The position numbers were made by a program, and so were the translations under genes. DNA of 32,000 nucleotides, taken from Candidatus Saccharimonadota bacterium (GTDB lineage: Bacteria > Pseudomonadota > Alphaproteobacteria > CAJXXZ01 > 1604HC). Below, piece by piece: positions 1 to 9,456 of this stretch; the stretch's first letter is position 1; the number at the start of each line of letters is the position of its first letter. Under the pieces are notes generated by a model, which did no database searches, was not told the origin of the DNA, and saw only the letters and a program-made list of their open reading frames with translations. The stretch spans positions 480,001 through 512,000 of the forward strand of contig NZ_CP043315.1 in NCBI RefSeq assembly GCF_008189285.1. Reading direction: 5' to 3'.

Positions 1-439
1 TCTCAGTTTGATTATACCCCCTCCAAAACAATCTCCAATTATGCAAAGGAATTGGAATTATATAATCCACATTATCGGCCCACTCTTTAATTGAATTATT
101 CATTAAATTAGCAAAGAAATTAGTCAAATAAAAGCAATTATGATTCTTATAAGACATAATCAATTTCTTGGTATTTATATCATATTTCATAATAGATTTC
201 GCATAGTCTATATAATATTTCTTATTTTGTATGCATTTTCCACATGAAATTGACTCTCCCATATCATATGAAAAAGGGTTTCCGCATGTCTTGCATGCTG
301 GATCCTGTATAAATCTAATTTTATTCCAACACTTATGACACAATCCATTCTCTTGCAAAGGAGCATTACATAAATAACATATCTTTGGATAAAATAAATC
401 AGTAATCTTGTTCATACATTTACTTACAATTGAATTCAT
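1..439 (-). CDS. ComF/GntX-family protein, N-terminal part (3' end runs off the window)
   Basis: Absent from the ORF track because it is truncated. My own translation from the ATG at 439 gives MNSIVSKCMNKITDLFYPKICYLCNAPLQENGLCHKCWNKIRFIQDPACKTCGNPF...SCGKCIQNK...DYIIPIPLHNWRLFWRGYNQTE. It has four CxxC pairs followed by the (I/V)P(I/V)PLH..R...RG(Y/F)NQ motif typical of ComF-family proteins. The start directly abuts the tpiA stop (440-442). Confidence 0.7.
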   Translation of the reverse strand, partial: MNSIVSKCMNKITDLFYPKICYLCNAPLQENGLCHKCWNKIRFIQDPACKTCGNPFSYDMGESISCGKCIQNKKYYIDYAKSIMKYDINTKKLIMSYKNHNCFYLTNFFANLMNNSIKEWADNVDYIIPIPLHNWRLFWRGYNQTE

Positions 440-1078
440 TTATACCTCAATTGTTTTTTCAATATCTTGATTTATATTTTGTATAATTTGGTTAAATATT
501 TTCTCTCTACTCAATCTTCCGAAACATAATCCATCAAGAAATCCAATAAATTGCTGGTAATTACTTTCATTTAGCGATCCTCCATAGCAAATTGGCTTAT
601 TTGTAATTTTCCTAATTTGCATTACTTTATCAGCAATAATATTCGCGCCTGGAGCATCTTTTTTTCCTATATATTCATGTGGCTCATAAACAATTATTCC
701 ACTTTTAGATAAATTGCTTAATTTCTCAGCTTCATATATATCTCTCACAAAAATAATAGGAATGATATCATTCTCATCGCATGCTTTGATCATACTTTTT
801 GGATTATAATTACTTTGATAATGATCTGCATGATTGCATAAACAATGCTTAACATTAAATTGCTTTAATAATTCTATAGATATACTTCCAGTTAGTGTAT
901 TTTGTGTAAAATTCTGAGCACATAATGATATGTTTTTCAAATTAGATAACTTAGATATGGCAAAATAATTTGGCGCAACAATATACTTTACATTCTTCTT
1001 ATGATTATACTCATAAATATTTTCCATAACTGATGCATTTTGAATGCCTTTCCAGTTTGCTATTACGAAAAAACTCAC
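440..1078 (-). CDS. tpiA: Triosephosphate isomerase, short and divergent (212 aa)
   Basis: ANWK near the N-terminus (catalytic Asn/Lys). The His is retained in CNHADH (usually GHSERR). The catalytic Glu is retained in VYEPHEYIGKK (usually YEPVWAIGTG). YGGSL matches YGGSV. The phosphate-gripping loops are not canonical. Confidence 0.7.
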   Translation of the reverse strand: MSFFVIANWKGIQNASVMENIYEYNHKKNVKYIVAPNYFAISKLSNLKNISLCAQNFTQNTLTGSISIELLKQFNVKHCLCNHADHYQSNYNPKSMIKACDENDIIPIIFVRDIYEAEKLSNLSKSGIIVYEPHEYIGKKDAPGANIIADKVMQIRKITNKPICYGGSLNESNYQQFIGFLDGLCFGRLSREKIFNQIIQNINQDIEKTIEV

Positions 1079-1226
1079 TAACTATTTTAATATATTTTTT
1101 ATCATTTTGTTAGGAATTTTTTCAATTGTTTGGCAATAATGCAATTTATATAAACGCTTCCATATCAAATCATTCAATATGTATGCAGCTCATTTTATAT
1201 TACATTATGATATCATATAATTAAGT

Positions 1227-1925
1227 ATGAAATTCATTAAAGCGCATGGATTAGGAAATGATTTTGTAATGATTTTTGAAGAAATAAATCATAAGCAAAT
1301 ATTAAAAATTAGCGATAGAAAGCTAGGAATTGGATGCGATCAATTAATTCAAAATATTCAAAAAAATGGCAAAAATTATGTAAGATTTTGGAATCAAGAT
1401 GGGTCAGAGGCGAATTTATGTGGAAATGGAATTAGATGTCTAGCTAAATATTACACAAATACTAGAAATAAATTTATCACGAAATCAGGAACAATTAATA
1501 CTGTAAAACTGGAAAATCAAATAGCATTCTCCTTGCCAATTAAGCCAATTATCAATTCTATAAATCACAATAATATATATGATGTAAATATTGGAAATGA
1601 GCATATCGTAATCATTGAAAATAAAGCGCCAAATTGGAATGAAATTACTTTGCAATTTGCAAACTATTTGCAAGATAAAAACATTATGTGCATTTGGAAT
1701 GATGGAAAGTGGAATATTCAGTCATGGGAAAGAGGAGTTGGAAGAACATTAGCATGTGGATCTGGAACTATAGCAGCTGCATGCGCTGGATGGCATAGCG
1801 GTCAAATTTCTCAAAAACAAGTCAAATTTTACACAGAAATAGGTGAATTATGCATTGTTCAAAAAACAAAATTATGGCAAATCGGAGAAGCAAACATAGT
1901 TGCAGAAGGTGATTGGACGAATTGA
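1227..1925 (+). CDS. dapF: Diaminopimelate epimerase
   Basis: MKFIKAHGLGNDFVMI N-terminus. Both catalytic Cys motifs are present: NQDGSEANLCGNGIRC and GRTLACGSGTIAAA. At 232 aa it is shorter than typical DapF. Confidence 0.85.
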   Translation: MKFIKAHGLGNDFVMIFEEINHKQILKISDRKLGIGCDQLIQNIQKNGKNYVRFWNQDGSEANLCGNGIRCLAKYYTNTRNKFITKSGTINTVKLENQIAFSLPIKPIINSINHNNIYDVNIGNEHIVIIENKAPNWNEITLQFANYLQDKNIMCIWNDGKWNIQSWERGVGRTLACGSGTIAAACAGWHSGQISQKQVKFYTEIGELCIVQKTKLWQIGEANIVAEGDWTN

Positions 1926-2027
1926 TGCTAATTAATTATTTGCAAACTTTGCAGAAGAATAGTTAAACTTATATATCATTTTACTTATCTATCTTGCATT
2001 AATTCTTTCCTATTTGTAATATAAACT

Positions 2028-3593
2028 ATGAATTTATTAAAAACACTATTATTATTTCCTATAATTATATTTTGTGGATTGGAAGAAAATGGATACCTTG
2101 AAACAAAAGATGTTTTAGAAGAAAATTCAAGTAGGCCATCCTATCTAGCACAAACAGATAAGGCTTTATTTGATAGAGCGATGCATGATTTTGAAATTTA
2201 TAGAAAACATTCAACAAAACAAATAAATAATTTTATTTCCTTTATTAAGCACTCAAAAATATTTCTACTTTATCTTCGAAAAACAAAATTACTTCCAGTT
2301 GATTTAGTTGATCATGTAATAATGCCTTTTATGATAGGTGAAAATAGTCAATTATTTGATTTAAAATATCCATCTGCATTAAAGCAATTATGCTCAATAA
2401 ATACACAATGTATTGCAAATATATTGACAGGAAAGTATGAAATTAATCGCAATGATTTCTTTGTAAAAAGATATTTTAGTACATATGTAGAAAAGATAAT
2501 TCATGAAATGGAAATGGAAACTACTTTAGATCTTACAAAATCACTTAATAAATGCAATAAAATGGTGGAGAATTTTCTAGATCCATATAAAAATATCAAG
2601 AAGCTTGATCTATCTGGGAATCAAATTTACATAATGTCTAAATTTGCATTCAGTAAATTAACAAAATTAAAAGAGCTTATTATTTCTGATAATTGCATTA
2701 TAAGCATTCCCAATGAATCATTTTATGGCATGCATAATTTAGAAAAATTGATCTTATCTAACAACAAACCAACTAAAAAGAAAATATTTTATGGAAATAA
2801 ATTACTTGGAAATAAAAGCAAAATAATTCAATTGCATTTGAAGTCATTTGTGAATTTGATAAATTTAAAAATACTACATCTAACAAATAATGCAATGCAT
2901 CTACTTCCAAACATTCCATTATTCGCTAATTTTTCTAATTTGCAAGAACTTAATTTATCTGGAAATAAATTTACATCAATTGGAGACCAGATTTTTAGTG
3001 ACAATTTAAATTCATTGGCAATTCTTGATTTGTCAAATAATGAATTAGATGAATTAGATGAGAATGCTTTTCTCAACTTGCATGGCCTTCAAAAACTTTC
3101 TCTTAAAAATAATAAACTAACTTTCATACATGAAAACACATTCAGAAAACTAACAAAATTAGAAACTTTAGAATTAAGTAACAATGCATTATACAATACA
3201 TTATGTGATAATTTATTTGCAAATTTAATCAACTTGCAAAGCTTAGATATTTCTTCATGCAACATATCAATCTTAAAAAATTGCCATTTCTTAAAAAAAT
3301 GCACTAAGCTACAATCTCTAAATTTAAATAATAATGGAATACCCTGCATTGACCAATATTATTTCTGCGATTTGCCAAACTTAGAAGTGTTAAAATTGAA
3401 TCATAATAGAATAATGGCATTTCCATATGAGGCGCTAAACAAATTGCAAAAATTGCAAAAAATAGATTTATCTTACAATAACAGATTTGCATTACGTAGA
3501 AAACTTACACTGTATAACCTAACTTCATTAAAGATACGTAACAATGATCTAGAAACATTCAATTGGGTAGAGATAGTAATGCTTCTAGTTTAA
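2028..3593 (+). CDS. Secreted LRR protein, family A (521 aa)
   Basis: Signal-peptide-like MNLLKTLLLFPIIIFCG. Family-A N-module motifs are present (HDFEIYRK, KIFLLYLRK, KYPSALKQL). At least 12 LxxLxLxxNxI repeats follow (KKLDLSGNQI, LKELIISDNCI, LQELNLSGNKF, LAILDLSNNEL, LQKLSLKNNKL, LETLELSNNAL, LQSLNLNNNGI, LEVLKLNHNRI). Confidence 0.85.
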   Translation: MNLLKTLLLFPIIIFCGLEENGYLETKDVLEENSSRPSYLAQTDKALFDRAMHDFEIYRKHSTKQINNFISFIKHSKIFLLYLRKTKLLPVDLVDHVIMPFMIGENSQLFDLKYPSALKQLCSINTQCIANILTGKYEINRNDFFVKRYFSTYVEKIIHEMEMETTLDLTKSLNKCNKMVENFLDPYKNIKKLDLSGNQIYIMSKFAFSKLTKLKELIISDNCIISIPNESFYGMHNLEKLILSNNKPTKKKIFYGNKLLGNKSKIIQLHLKSFVNLINLKILHLTNNAMHLLPNIPLFANFSNLQELNLSGNKFTSIGDQIFSDNLNSLAILDLSNNELDELDENAFLNLHGLQKLSLKNNKLTFIHENTFRKLTKLETLELSNNALYNTLCDNLFANLINLQSLDISSCNISILKNCHFLKKCTKLQSLNLNNNGIPCIDQYYFCDLPNLEVLKLNHNRIMAFPYEALNKLQKLQKIDLSYNNRFALRRKLTLYNLTSLKIRNNDLETFNWVEIVMLLV

Positions 3594-3726
3594 CTTCATT
3601 AATTTTAATGATTTATTTTTATATGCTAATTTCAATACAAAGAGATTTCTCTGTATTTATATAAATTAAGAATGATTTGGATAAAATCATAAAGAGTAGA
3701 GATCATCTTTTTTGGATTATTTCAAA

Positions 3727-4455
3727 TTAACCACGCAACAAATCATTGATTGAAATTTTGGATTTAGTTTTTTCGTCAACTTTCTTAATTATAATTGCGC
3801 ATTCAAGCGATATATTTTTGCTTATGGAATATGATCCTGGAACAATAACGCTATATGAATCAATTTTATCCATTTGCAATCCATCTCTATTGAATATTTT
3901 TGTTGATGATGTGATTTTTGTTCCTGCCCCTAATACACATCCCTCTGGAATCATAATGCCTTCCGCAATAATGCATTGAGCTCCTATAAATACATTATCT
4001 TCTATAATTACAGGCATAGCGCTTGAGGGCTCCAAAACTCCAGCAATCACTGTATTAGAAGAAATATGACAACGCTTTCCTATATGCGCGCATGACCCAA
4101 TCGTTACCCCACTATCAATCATTGATTCATCATCAATATATGCCCCAACATTAATAAATGAATTACTCATTATCACGCAATTCTCTCCTATATATACCCC
4201 TCTTCTAATCCATGACCCTGGAACAAAACGAGAATTTTTATCTAATAAAGCTTGATTATTTATATTATTCTGCAAATCCACTTTGTCATTCCATTTTGTT
4301 AAATTATCTATTCCAGTAATTTGCTTCTCTGATTTAAAAATATTATTAATTTGCTTAAATGCATTTTTATTCAATTCCCATTGATTCTCTTTGTTCACTA
4401 TTTTAACTTTCCCAGACTCTAAATCTACTAGCAAAGATTCTACTTTTTCATTCAT
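3727..4455 (-). CDS. dapD: 2,3,4,5-tetrahydropyridine-2,6-dicarboxylate N-succinyltransferase (hexapeptide-repeat acyltransferase)
   Basis: RFVPGSWIRRGVYIGENCVIM..SFINVGAYIDDESMIDSGVTIGSCAHIGKRCHISSNTVIAGVLEP...PVIIEDNVFIGAQCIIAEG shows the left-handed beta-helix hexapeptide pattern and the DapD-like core. Confidence 0.8.
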   Translation of the reverse strand: MNEKVESLLVDLESGKVKIVNKENQWELNKNAFKQINNIFKSEKQITGIDNLTKWNDKVDLQNNINNQALLDKNSRFVPGSWIRRGVYIGENCVIMSNSFINVGAYIDDESMIDSGVTIGSCAHIGKRCHISSNTVIAGVLEPSSAMPVIIEDNVFIGAQCIIAEGIMIPEGCVLGAGTKITSSTKIFNRDGLQMDKIDSYSVIVPGSYSISKNISLECAIIIKKVDEKTKSKISINDLLRG

Positions 4456-4560
4456 AATTTAACCCTACAACGTGATATCATCAATATCAACACAATAAAT
4501 GAAATAAAAAAATATAAAATAGAGTTGCATTAAATTTTTTTTGCCATCTATACATATATA

Positions 4561-5028
4561 TTGTATAATGAATACATGACATTATTTAAATTAAGTAAAA
4601 TTAAGAATACAATTTATGCGACAGGAAGAGTTGCAATGCTTTCTTTGCCTATCTACTCATATTGCACAAATATAGATTGTTTATTGCAAAAAACACAACA
4701 ACAATGGGGGGAGAATGTATCATGTGAAGAATTTAAAACCATTATTAAAGATGAGTGCGAAAGAAAAAGCATGCTTAGATTGTCATGCAAAAAAGCAAGA
4801 AGTTTGTCACAATTGAATCAAGAGCCTTACTTAATTGACAAAATATCCTCTTATATATTTAATGAAAATGATCTTGTGATTGGGCTTTTAAAATATGAAT
4901 TATCAAATAATTATTTTTATTGTAATGCCTACCCTTTAAGCAGCGTAATAAAAAACTTTATAGAAAGATGTAATTCTCAAGATTTATTGAAAAATAAACA
5001 TAATAAATGCATTTCAAATATAAAATAA
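4561..5028 (+). CDS. Hypothetical protein. Truncated tandem paralog of the 5174 gene, without the LRR part.
   Basis: The first ~35 aa and the block SLSQLNQEPYLIDKISSYIF closely match the 5174..6364 product. The ORF-track start is a TTG embedded in TTGTATAATG. An in-frame ATG lies at 4576. Confidence 0.5.
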   Translation: MYNEYMTLFKLSKIKNTIYATGRVAMLSLPIYSYCTNIDCLLQKTQQQWGENVSCEEFKTIIKDECERKSMLRLSCKKARSLSQLNQEPYLIDKISSYIFNENDLVIGLLKYELSNNYFYCNAYPLSSVIKNFIERCNSQDLLKNKHNKCISNIK

Positions 5029-5173
5029 AGATTTTTAATCTTATTAAAACTGAAATAAGCCTCATTATGCAATGATAGCTTGCACTTCACTTGTTATTTC
5101 ATATAATTAGACCATGAAATTAAAAAACTGCAAAATATATTTGCATTGAACGCTTTATATCTCTAAATACACA

Positions 5174-6364
5174 TTGTATAATGAATACATAACATTATTT
5201 AAATTAAATAAAATTAAGAATGCAATTCAAATAACAGGAAGAGTAATCATATTTGCTATTCCTATCTGTTCATATTGCACAGGATTTGCACTAGATAAAC
5301 TGCATTATCCTATGTATTTCTGCGATGTGGAAATAGAATCTTATGAGCAAAAAGAAATACTGCGGAGAGAAATAAGCAACGACATTAAATTGTATAAAAA
5401 GACAAATGAAAACGAGTTTGTAGAATTTATTTATACTAAGCATGAAAGAATAGCAACTAATGCATTTAAATTATTATGCAGAAAATCAAATAGTCTGTCA
5501 AAATTAAACAAAGAACCTTATTTAATTTATGAAATCTCCTCTTATATATTTGATAAAGAAAAATACTTTCAATTCTTATTAAAATATCAATCTGCTTGCA
5601 AAATTATGCATACAGATTTTCTATTCAGTTTGGATCCTTTTGAAAAAGGTGGATTATTTCAAAAAATGTATGCGGCAACTCATGTCAAAAAATATAGAGA
5701 AAATATGGAGAAAACATCAAAGTTGCGCATAGGTTATTGTGAGCATTTATGCCCATTTGTATCCTTTCTATATAAAAACCTAGAAATGCTAGAAATTGAT
5801 TACAATCAAGAAATTGACAAAAAAATACTTTATGAATTTAAATTATTAACAGAATTAAACATAAGAATATTGCATGATTACTGCATACCAAAAAATACTT
5901 TTAATCATTTAATCTCATTAGTGAAACTTAATTTATCTTTTTGCAAGCTCAAATCAATTCCTAATTTATTTAATCTAAAAAATCTAAAAGAACTAGATCT
6001 TTCAAACAATGATATATCAAGAATAAAAGAAAATGACCTTAAAGGATTGGAAAGCCTTGTGTCATTAAGTTTGAATTACAATAGTATTAAATGCATTGTT
6101 TCAAAAGAAGATCATGAATATTTTTCTTCAATTAAAGATGATGAAAATGCATCATATTGGGAAATTGAAAGTTTGTCATACTTGCCAAAACTTAGACAAA
6201 TCTATCTAACAACTTATACTAATTGCTTATATATATCAACAAATGCAAAAAACATCTTAGAAATCCAATTGCTAAATTTAGAAATTTACCCTAACTTTCA
6301 AGATGAAAATACAATGCCACATGCGCTGCTAAAAGAAGTAATTAAAAGCATAGCAATTCAATAA
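5174..6364 (+). CDS. LRR protein (396 aa) with a hydrophobic N-terminus
   Basis: LRRs are present: LVKLNLSFCKLKSIPNLFNLKNLKELDLSNNDISRIKENDLKGLESLVSLSLNYNSIKCI. A DIKLYKK motif is reminiscent of the family-A DIEIYR. Only a TTG start is available upstream of the conserved hydrophobic segment. Confidence 0.65.
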   Translation: MYNEYITLFKLNKIKNAIQITGRVIIFAIPICSYCTGFALDKLHYPMYFCDVEIESYEQKEILRREISNDIKLYKKTNENEFVEFIYTKHERIATNAFKLLCRKSNSLSKLNKEPYLIYEISSYIFDKEKYFQFLLKYQSACKIMHTDFLFSLDPFEKGGLFQKMYAATHVKKYRENMEKTSKLRIGYCEHLCPFVSFLYKNLEMLEIDYNQEIDKKILYEFKLLTELNIRILHDYCIPKNTFNHLISLVKLNLSFCKLKSIPNLFNLKNLKELDLSNNDISRIKENDLKGLESLVSLSLNYNSIKCIVSKEDHEYFSSIKDDENASYWEIESLSYLPKLRQIYLTTYTNCLYISTNAKNILEIQLLNLEIYPNFQDENTMPHALLKEVIKSIAIQ

Positions 6365-6453
6365 ATTAAGCGGTAGGATTTTGCCAAATATTATCTGGCT
6401 CAATCATGCAATCATATAAATCATAAATCAGGCAATTATACAACTAATCGAAA

Positions 6454-7779
6454 TCATAAAAATCTTTCTTTTCTTATTTCAATAAACAAATACAATGCAT
6501 AAATCCATGCTGATATTAGAAATGATATCGAGATTCCGAAAGATCCCATATGAAATAAAATAGGCATCAAAACAAAATTAGAGGCAAATTGTGCCATTGC
6601 GCCTCTTAATGGGATTTTCGTATTATCATATGCAAAAAATACTGCATTCATTATTTTGCTTAAGGTGTATGCCGGAACACTAAGTATATATATTTTCAAA
6701 TATGAGCTTATGTGCATAACATCAATTAGTGTCATTTTTCCTCTTAGAAATAATATTTTACATATTGGAAGCGAAAGAAAAAAGATCAATATGGATATCA
6801 CTGAAGATCCTACTAATCCATATATCCAAACTTGATTATACAACTCTTTTGCTTTATAAATTTCTTTCTCTTTTATATACTGAGTCAAATATAGCAAAAA
6901 TGTAGTGCTAAACACAATTCCTATTAAGCTTAATGGAACCTGCATAATACGATCTGCAAAAGCTAAGTATGATATATTTCCTGTAGGTAAAAAACTTACG
7001 AACCATGATGAAAACATAATCATGATTTGGGAAATTCCTGATGAGAATGAAATATTTATAAATTTCTTTTTAAATACCATAAATTCTTTTTCATACATAT
7101 CATCAGAATTTATTTTTTCATACAATGGGATTAGATTATTTCTCCACGCATGAAAAATAATCCATATAAATTGCACAATATTTCCCAATAAAATGGCAAA
7201 TCCAATTAATGAAAATGGCAAGTTAAATTTATAACAAATCAATAATGTTGCAATCGCAATAATATTACATATCGCACTAGATACAGCACATACTGCAAAT
7301 TTTTTATTGAAATTCAAAGAACTAACAAGCACACTAGATAATCCCATAAAGAACAAGCTTGGCAAAATGAAATAAGAAAATTTTATAAAATATAAAGCTG
7401 CTTCACTAGATAAATTTGGAAATATAAAATATGTTCCATATTTAATGAAAAGTAGAAAAATTATCATAACTATAATAATGCATTTGCACAGTTTTACAAT
7501 TAATTTCGCAAGAAAAGCGTTTGGATTTTTATTTTTTAACTTCAAGTCTTTCAACATAGGTATAAGCAAATTATTCATACTCCCATCTGATATAACTTTT
7601 CTGAATAAAGATGGGAATTTAACAGCTAATATATACGCATCCGTAATAGCGCCTACTCCTGCCCAATTTAATATAATAATATCTCTAAAATAGCCCAATA
7701 CTCTTGATATAAGAGCAAAACAACTAACACAAGCGCTGCTCAATATAAATTTCTTATAAATAGATTGAGATTTACTCAT
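6454..7779 (-). CDS. murJ: Lipid II flippase MurJ/MviN (441 aa)
   Basis: Polytopic membrane protein. The N-terminal SRVLGYFRDIIILNWAGVGAITDAYILAVKFPSLFRKVISDGSMNNLLIPML matches the conserved MurJ N-terminal block. The ATG overlaps the stop of the upstream peroxiredoxin gene by 1 nt (TAATG). Confidence 0.8.
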   Translation of the reverse strand: MSKSQSIYKKFILSSACVSCFALISRVLGYFRDIIILNWAGVGAITDAYILAVKFPSLFRKVISDGSMNNLLIPMLKDLKLKNKNPNAFLAKLIVKLCKCIIIVMIIFLLFIKYGTYFIFPNLSSEAALYFIKFSYFILPSLFFMGLSSVLVSSLNFNKKFAVCAVSSAICNIIAIATLLICYKFNLPFSLIGFAILLGNIVQFIWIIFHAWRNNLIPLYEKINSDDMYEKEFMVFKKKFINISFSSGISQIMIMFSSWFVSFLPTGNISYLAFADRIMQVPLSLIGIVFSTTFLLYLTQYIKEKEIYKAKELYNQVWIYGLVGSSVISILIFFLSLPICKILFLRGKMTLIDVMHISSYLKIYILSVPAYTLSKIMNAVFFAYDNTKIPLRGAMAQFASNFVLMPILFHMGSFGISISFLISAWIYALYLFIEIRKERFL

Positions 7780-8312
7780 TATGCATCCGGATTTAGAGTG
7801 GATTCACCTTTTTTCCAATTTACAGGGCACAATCCACCATTTTGCAATGCATCCAATATTCTCAACACTTCTTCAGGATTTCTTCCTACATTAAGATCTG
7901 TAACGCTTGCATATCGAACAACCATATTTGGATCTATTATATATGTTGCTCTTTGAGACACGCCTGCATCAACATCCTTAATTCCTAATTCGCTAGATAA
8001 ATTTCCACCTATATCTGCAAGCATAGGAAAATTAACTTTCCCAATTTGAGCATTATCTTTTTTCCATGCCAAATGAACAAATTCTGAATCCATGCTAGCC
8101 CCTAAAATTTGCGCACTACGATCTTCGAATTCACTTTGCAAATCTGCAAATCCACTAATTTCAGTAGGGCAAACAAATGTAAAATCTTTAGGCCAGAAGA
8201 AGAAAACCATCCATTTTCCATTATAAGAAGAAGAATTAACAACTTTCATTTCATTATTGCCTAATACAGCAGTCAAATTAAATTCAGGAAACTTAGAACC
8301 AATACCTAACAT
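7779..8312 (-). CDS. ahpC: Typical 2-Cys peroxiredoxin (AhpC/Prx1 type)
   Basis: Peroxidatic motif FTFVCPTE and resolving-Cys motif GGLCPVNWKKGESTL. I prefer the ATG at 8312 (MLGIGSKFPEF) over the ORF-track start at 8333, because GGAGG lies 5 nt upstream of it. Confidence 0.88.
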   Translation of the reverse strand: MLGIGSKFPEFNLTAVLGNNEMKVVNSSSYNGKWMVFFFWPKDFTFVCPTEISGFADLQSEFEDRSAQILGASMDSEFVHLAWKKDNAQIGKVNFPMLADIGGNLSSELGIKDVDAGVSQRATYIIDPNMVVRYASVTDLNVGRNPEEVLRILDALQNGGLCPVNWKKGESTLNPDA

Positions 8313-8440
8313 AACAACCTCCAATAAACACATTCTATCTCGATTTATATAATTTGCAAAGTTCCACTACTTGTGTTGGAGCTGCTAAGTAAATATTAGA
8401 TAAGTTGATTTCTATAGAGCAATAATATATAAATTTAATT

Positions 8441-9379
8441 ATGATGTTATTTAATATAGTATTTCTATTATTTTCTTCAAATATATTTTGCATGCAAGAT
8501 AATATTAGTCGCGCAAGCAATGATGGAGTAGGCAGAGTGTTTTCTCAATATTTTGGAAAAGATTCATTGTCAAAAAAAATGAAAATGGATATAGAGTTTT
8601 ATCGAACACTCTCAAGTAAAGAATTTGCAACTCTCATTAATTCCAAGCCTTTTCTTATATTTTTATTTTGCAATAAGAAAAAAATGATGTTTTCAGATCA
8701 TGAAATAATTGAAATAATTACCTCTCATCTCATTGATGAAAAATCATATTATTCAATGAAAAATCAAAATATATCATTGGATAAATTCAATTATCCAGCA
8801 AGTTCATTAAAATATTATTTTGCGAATGGAATAAATGATGATTCATTGAAATATGAAGATAAATATTACTTTGAATGCTTGCATATATGTTCATATGCTT
8901 CATTACATGATGATAAATTGAAAAAATCGCTTGAATTAATAAACAAAGCATCGTATATGCCATCGAAAAATATAAATATAAATTTATCGCAGAATCTATT
9001 CATTCTTATTCCAAATGCAACAGTAATCTACTCAGCTTTCTCCGAGATGCAAAGAATTGAAGGAGGAATTTATCACAATAAACTGAAAAAACTTATTGTA
9101 ACAAAAAGTGAAATCACAAGAATATTGAAAGGAACGTTAAATCTTCCAAACCTTGAACATCTTTGCTTTGCTTGCAATCAAATTGATCATATTGATAGAG
9201 AAGCATTTGCAGGAATGCCAAAGTTGAAAGAACTAAATCTTGATGGGAATCAAATAACAAGATTTGGATCCAATCAATTGATAGGAATAAATATTGATGA
9301 ATGTAAAATAAAACTTAACAATAATCCTTTGAACTCAGAATCAGCTAATTATTACAATTATTTAAAAAGTAAAAAATAA
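8441..9379 (+). CDS. Secreted LRR protein, family A (312 aa)
   Basis: Signal-like MMLFNIVFLLFSSNIFC. Family-A motifs MDIEFYR, PFLIFLFCNKKK, SDHEIIEIITSHL and YPASSLKYYFA are present. C-terminal LRRs: LPNLEHLCFACNQIDHIDREAFAGMPKLKELNLDGNQITRFG. TATAATTTGCAAAG lies upstream (8348-8361). Confidence 0.8.
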   Translation: MMLFNIVFLLFSSNIFCMQDNISRASNDGVGRVFSQYFGKDSLSKKMKMDIEFYRTLSSKEFATLINSKPFLIFLFCNKKKMMFSDHEIIEIITSHLIDEKSYYSMKNQNISLDKFNYPASSLKYYFANGINDDSLKYEDKYYFECLHICSYASLHDDKLKKSLELINKASYMPSKNININLSQNLFILIPNATVIYSAFSEMQRIEGGIYHNKLKKLIVTKSEITRILKGTLNLPNLEHLCFACNQIDHIDREAFAGMPKLKELNLDGNQITRFGSNQLIGINIDECKIKLNNNPLNSESANYYNYLKSKK

Positions 9380-9456
9380 TTATAATATTCTAATCATATG
9401 TTTTCTTATCATAATGTATAATTTGCAAAGCTCAATCGACTAAGATAAAATAACAC

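Noticed and set aside
9404-9430. dif (XerCD) site, because CATAATGTATA matches the left half and centre of E. coli dif; also the 7-nt inverted repeat TTATCAT-N7-ATGATAA at 11071..11091
   Set aside because: The right arm (TTATGTTAAAT) is absent at 9404. The 11071 palindrome has the wrong arm sequence and spacer length, and it sits within the decayed accD relic.
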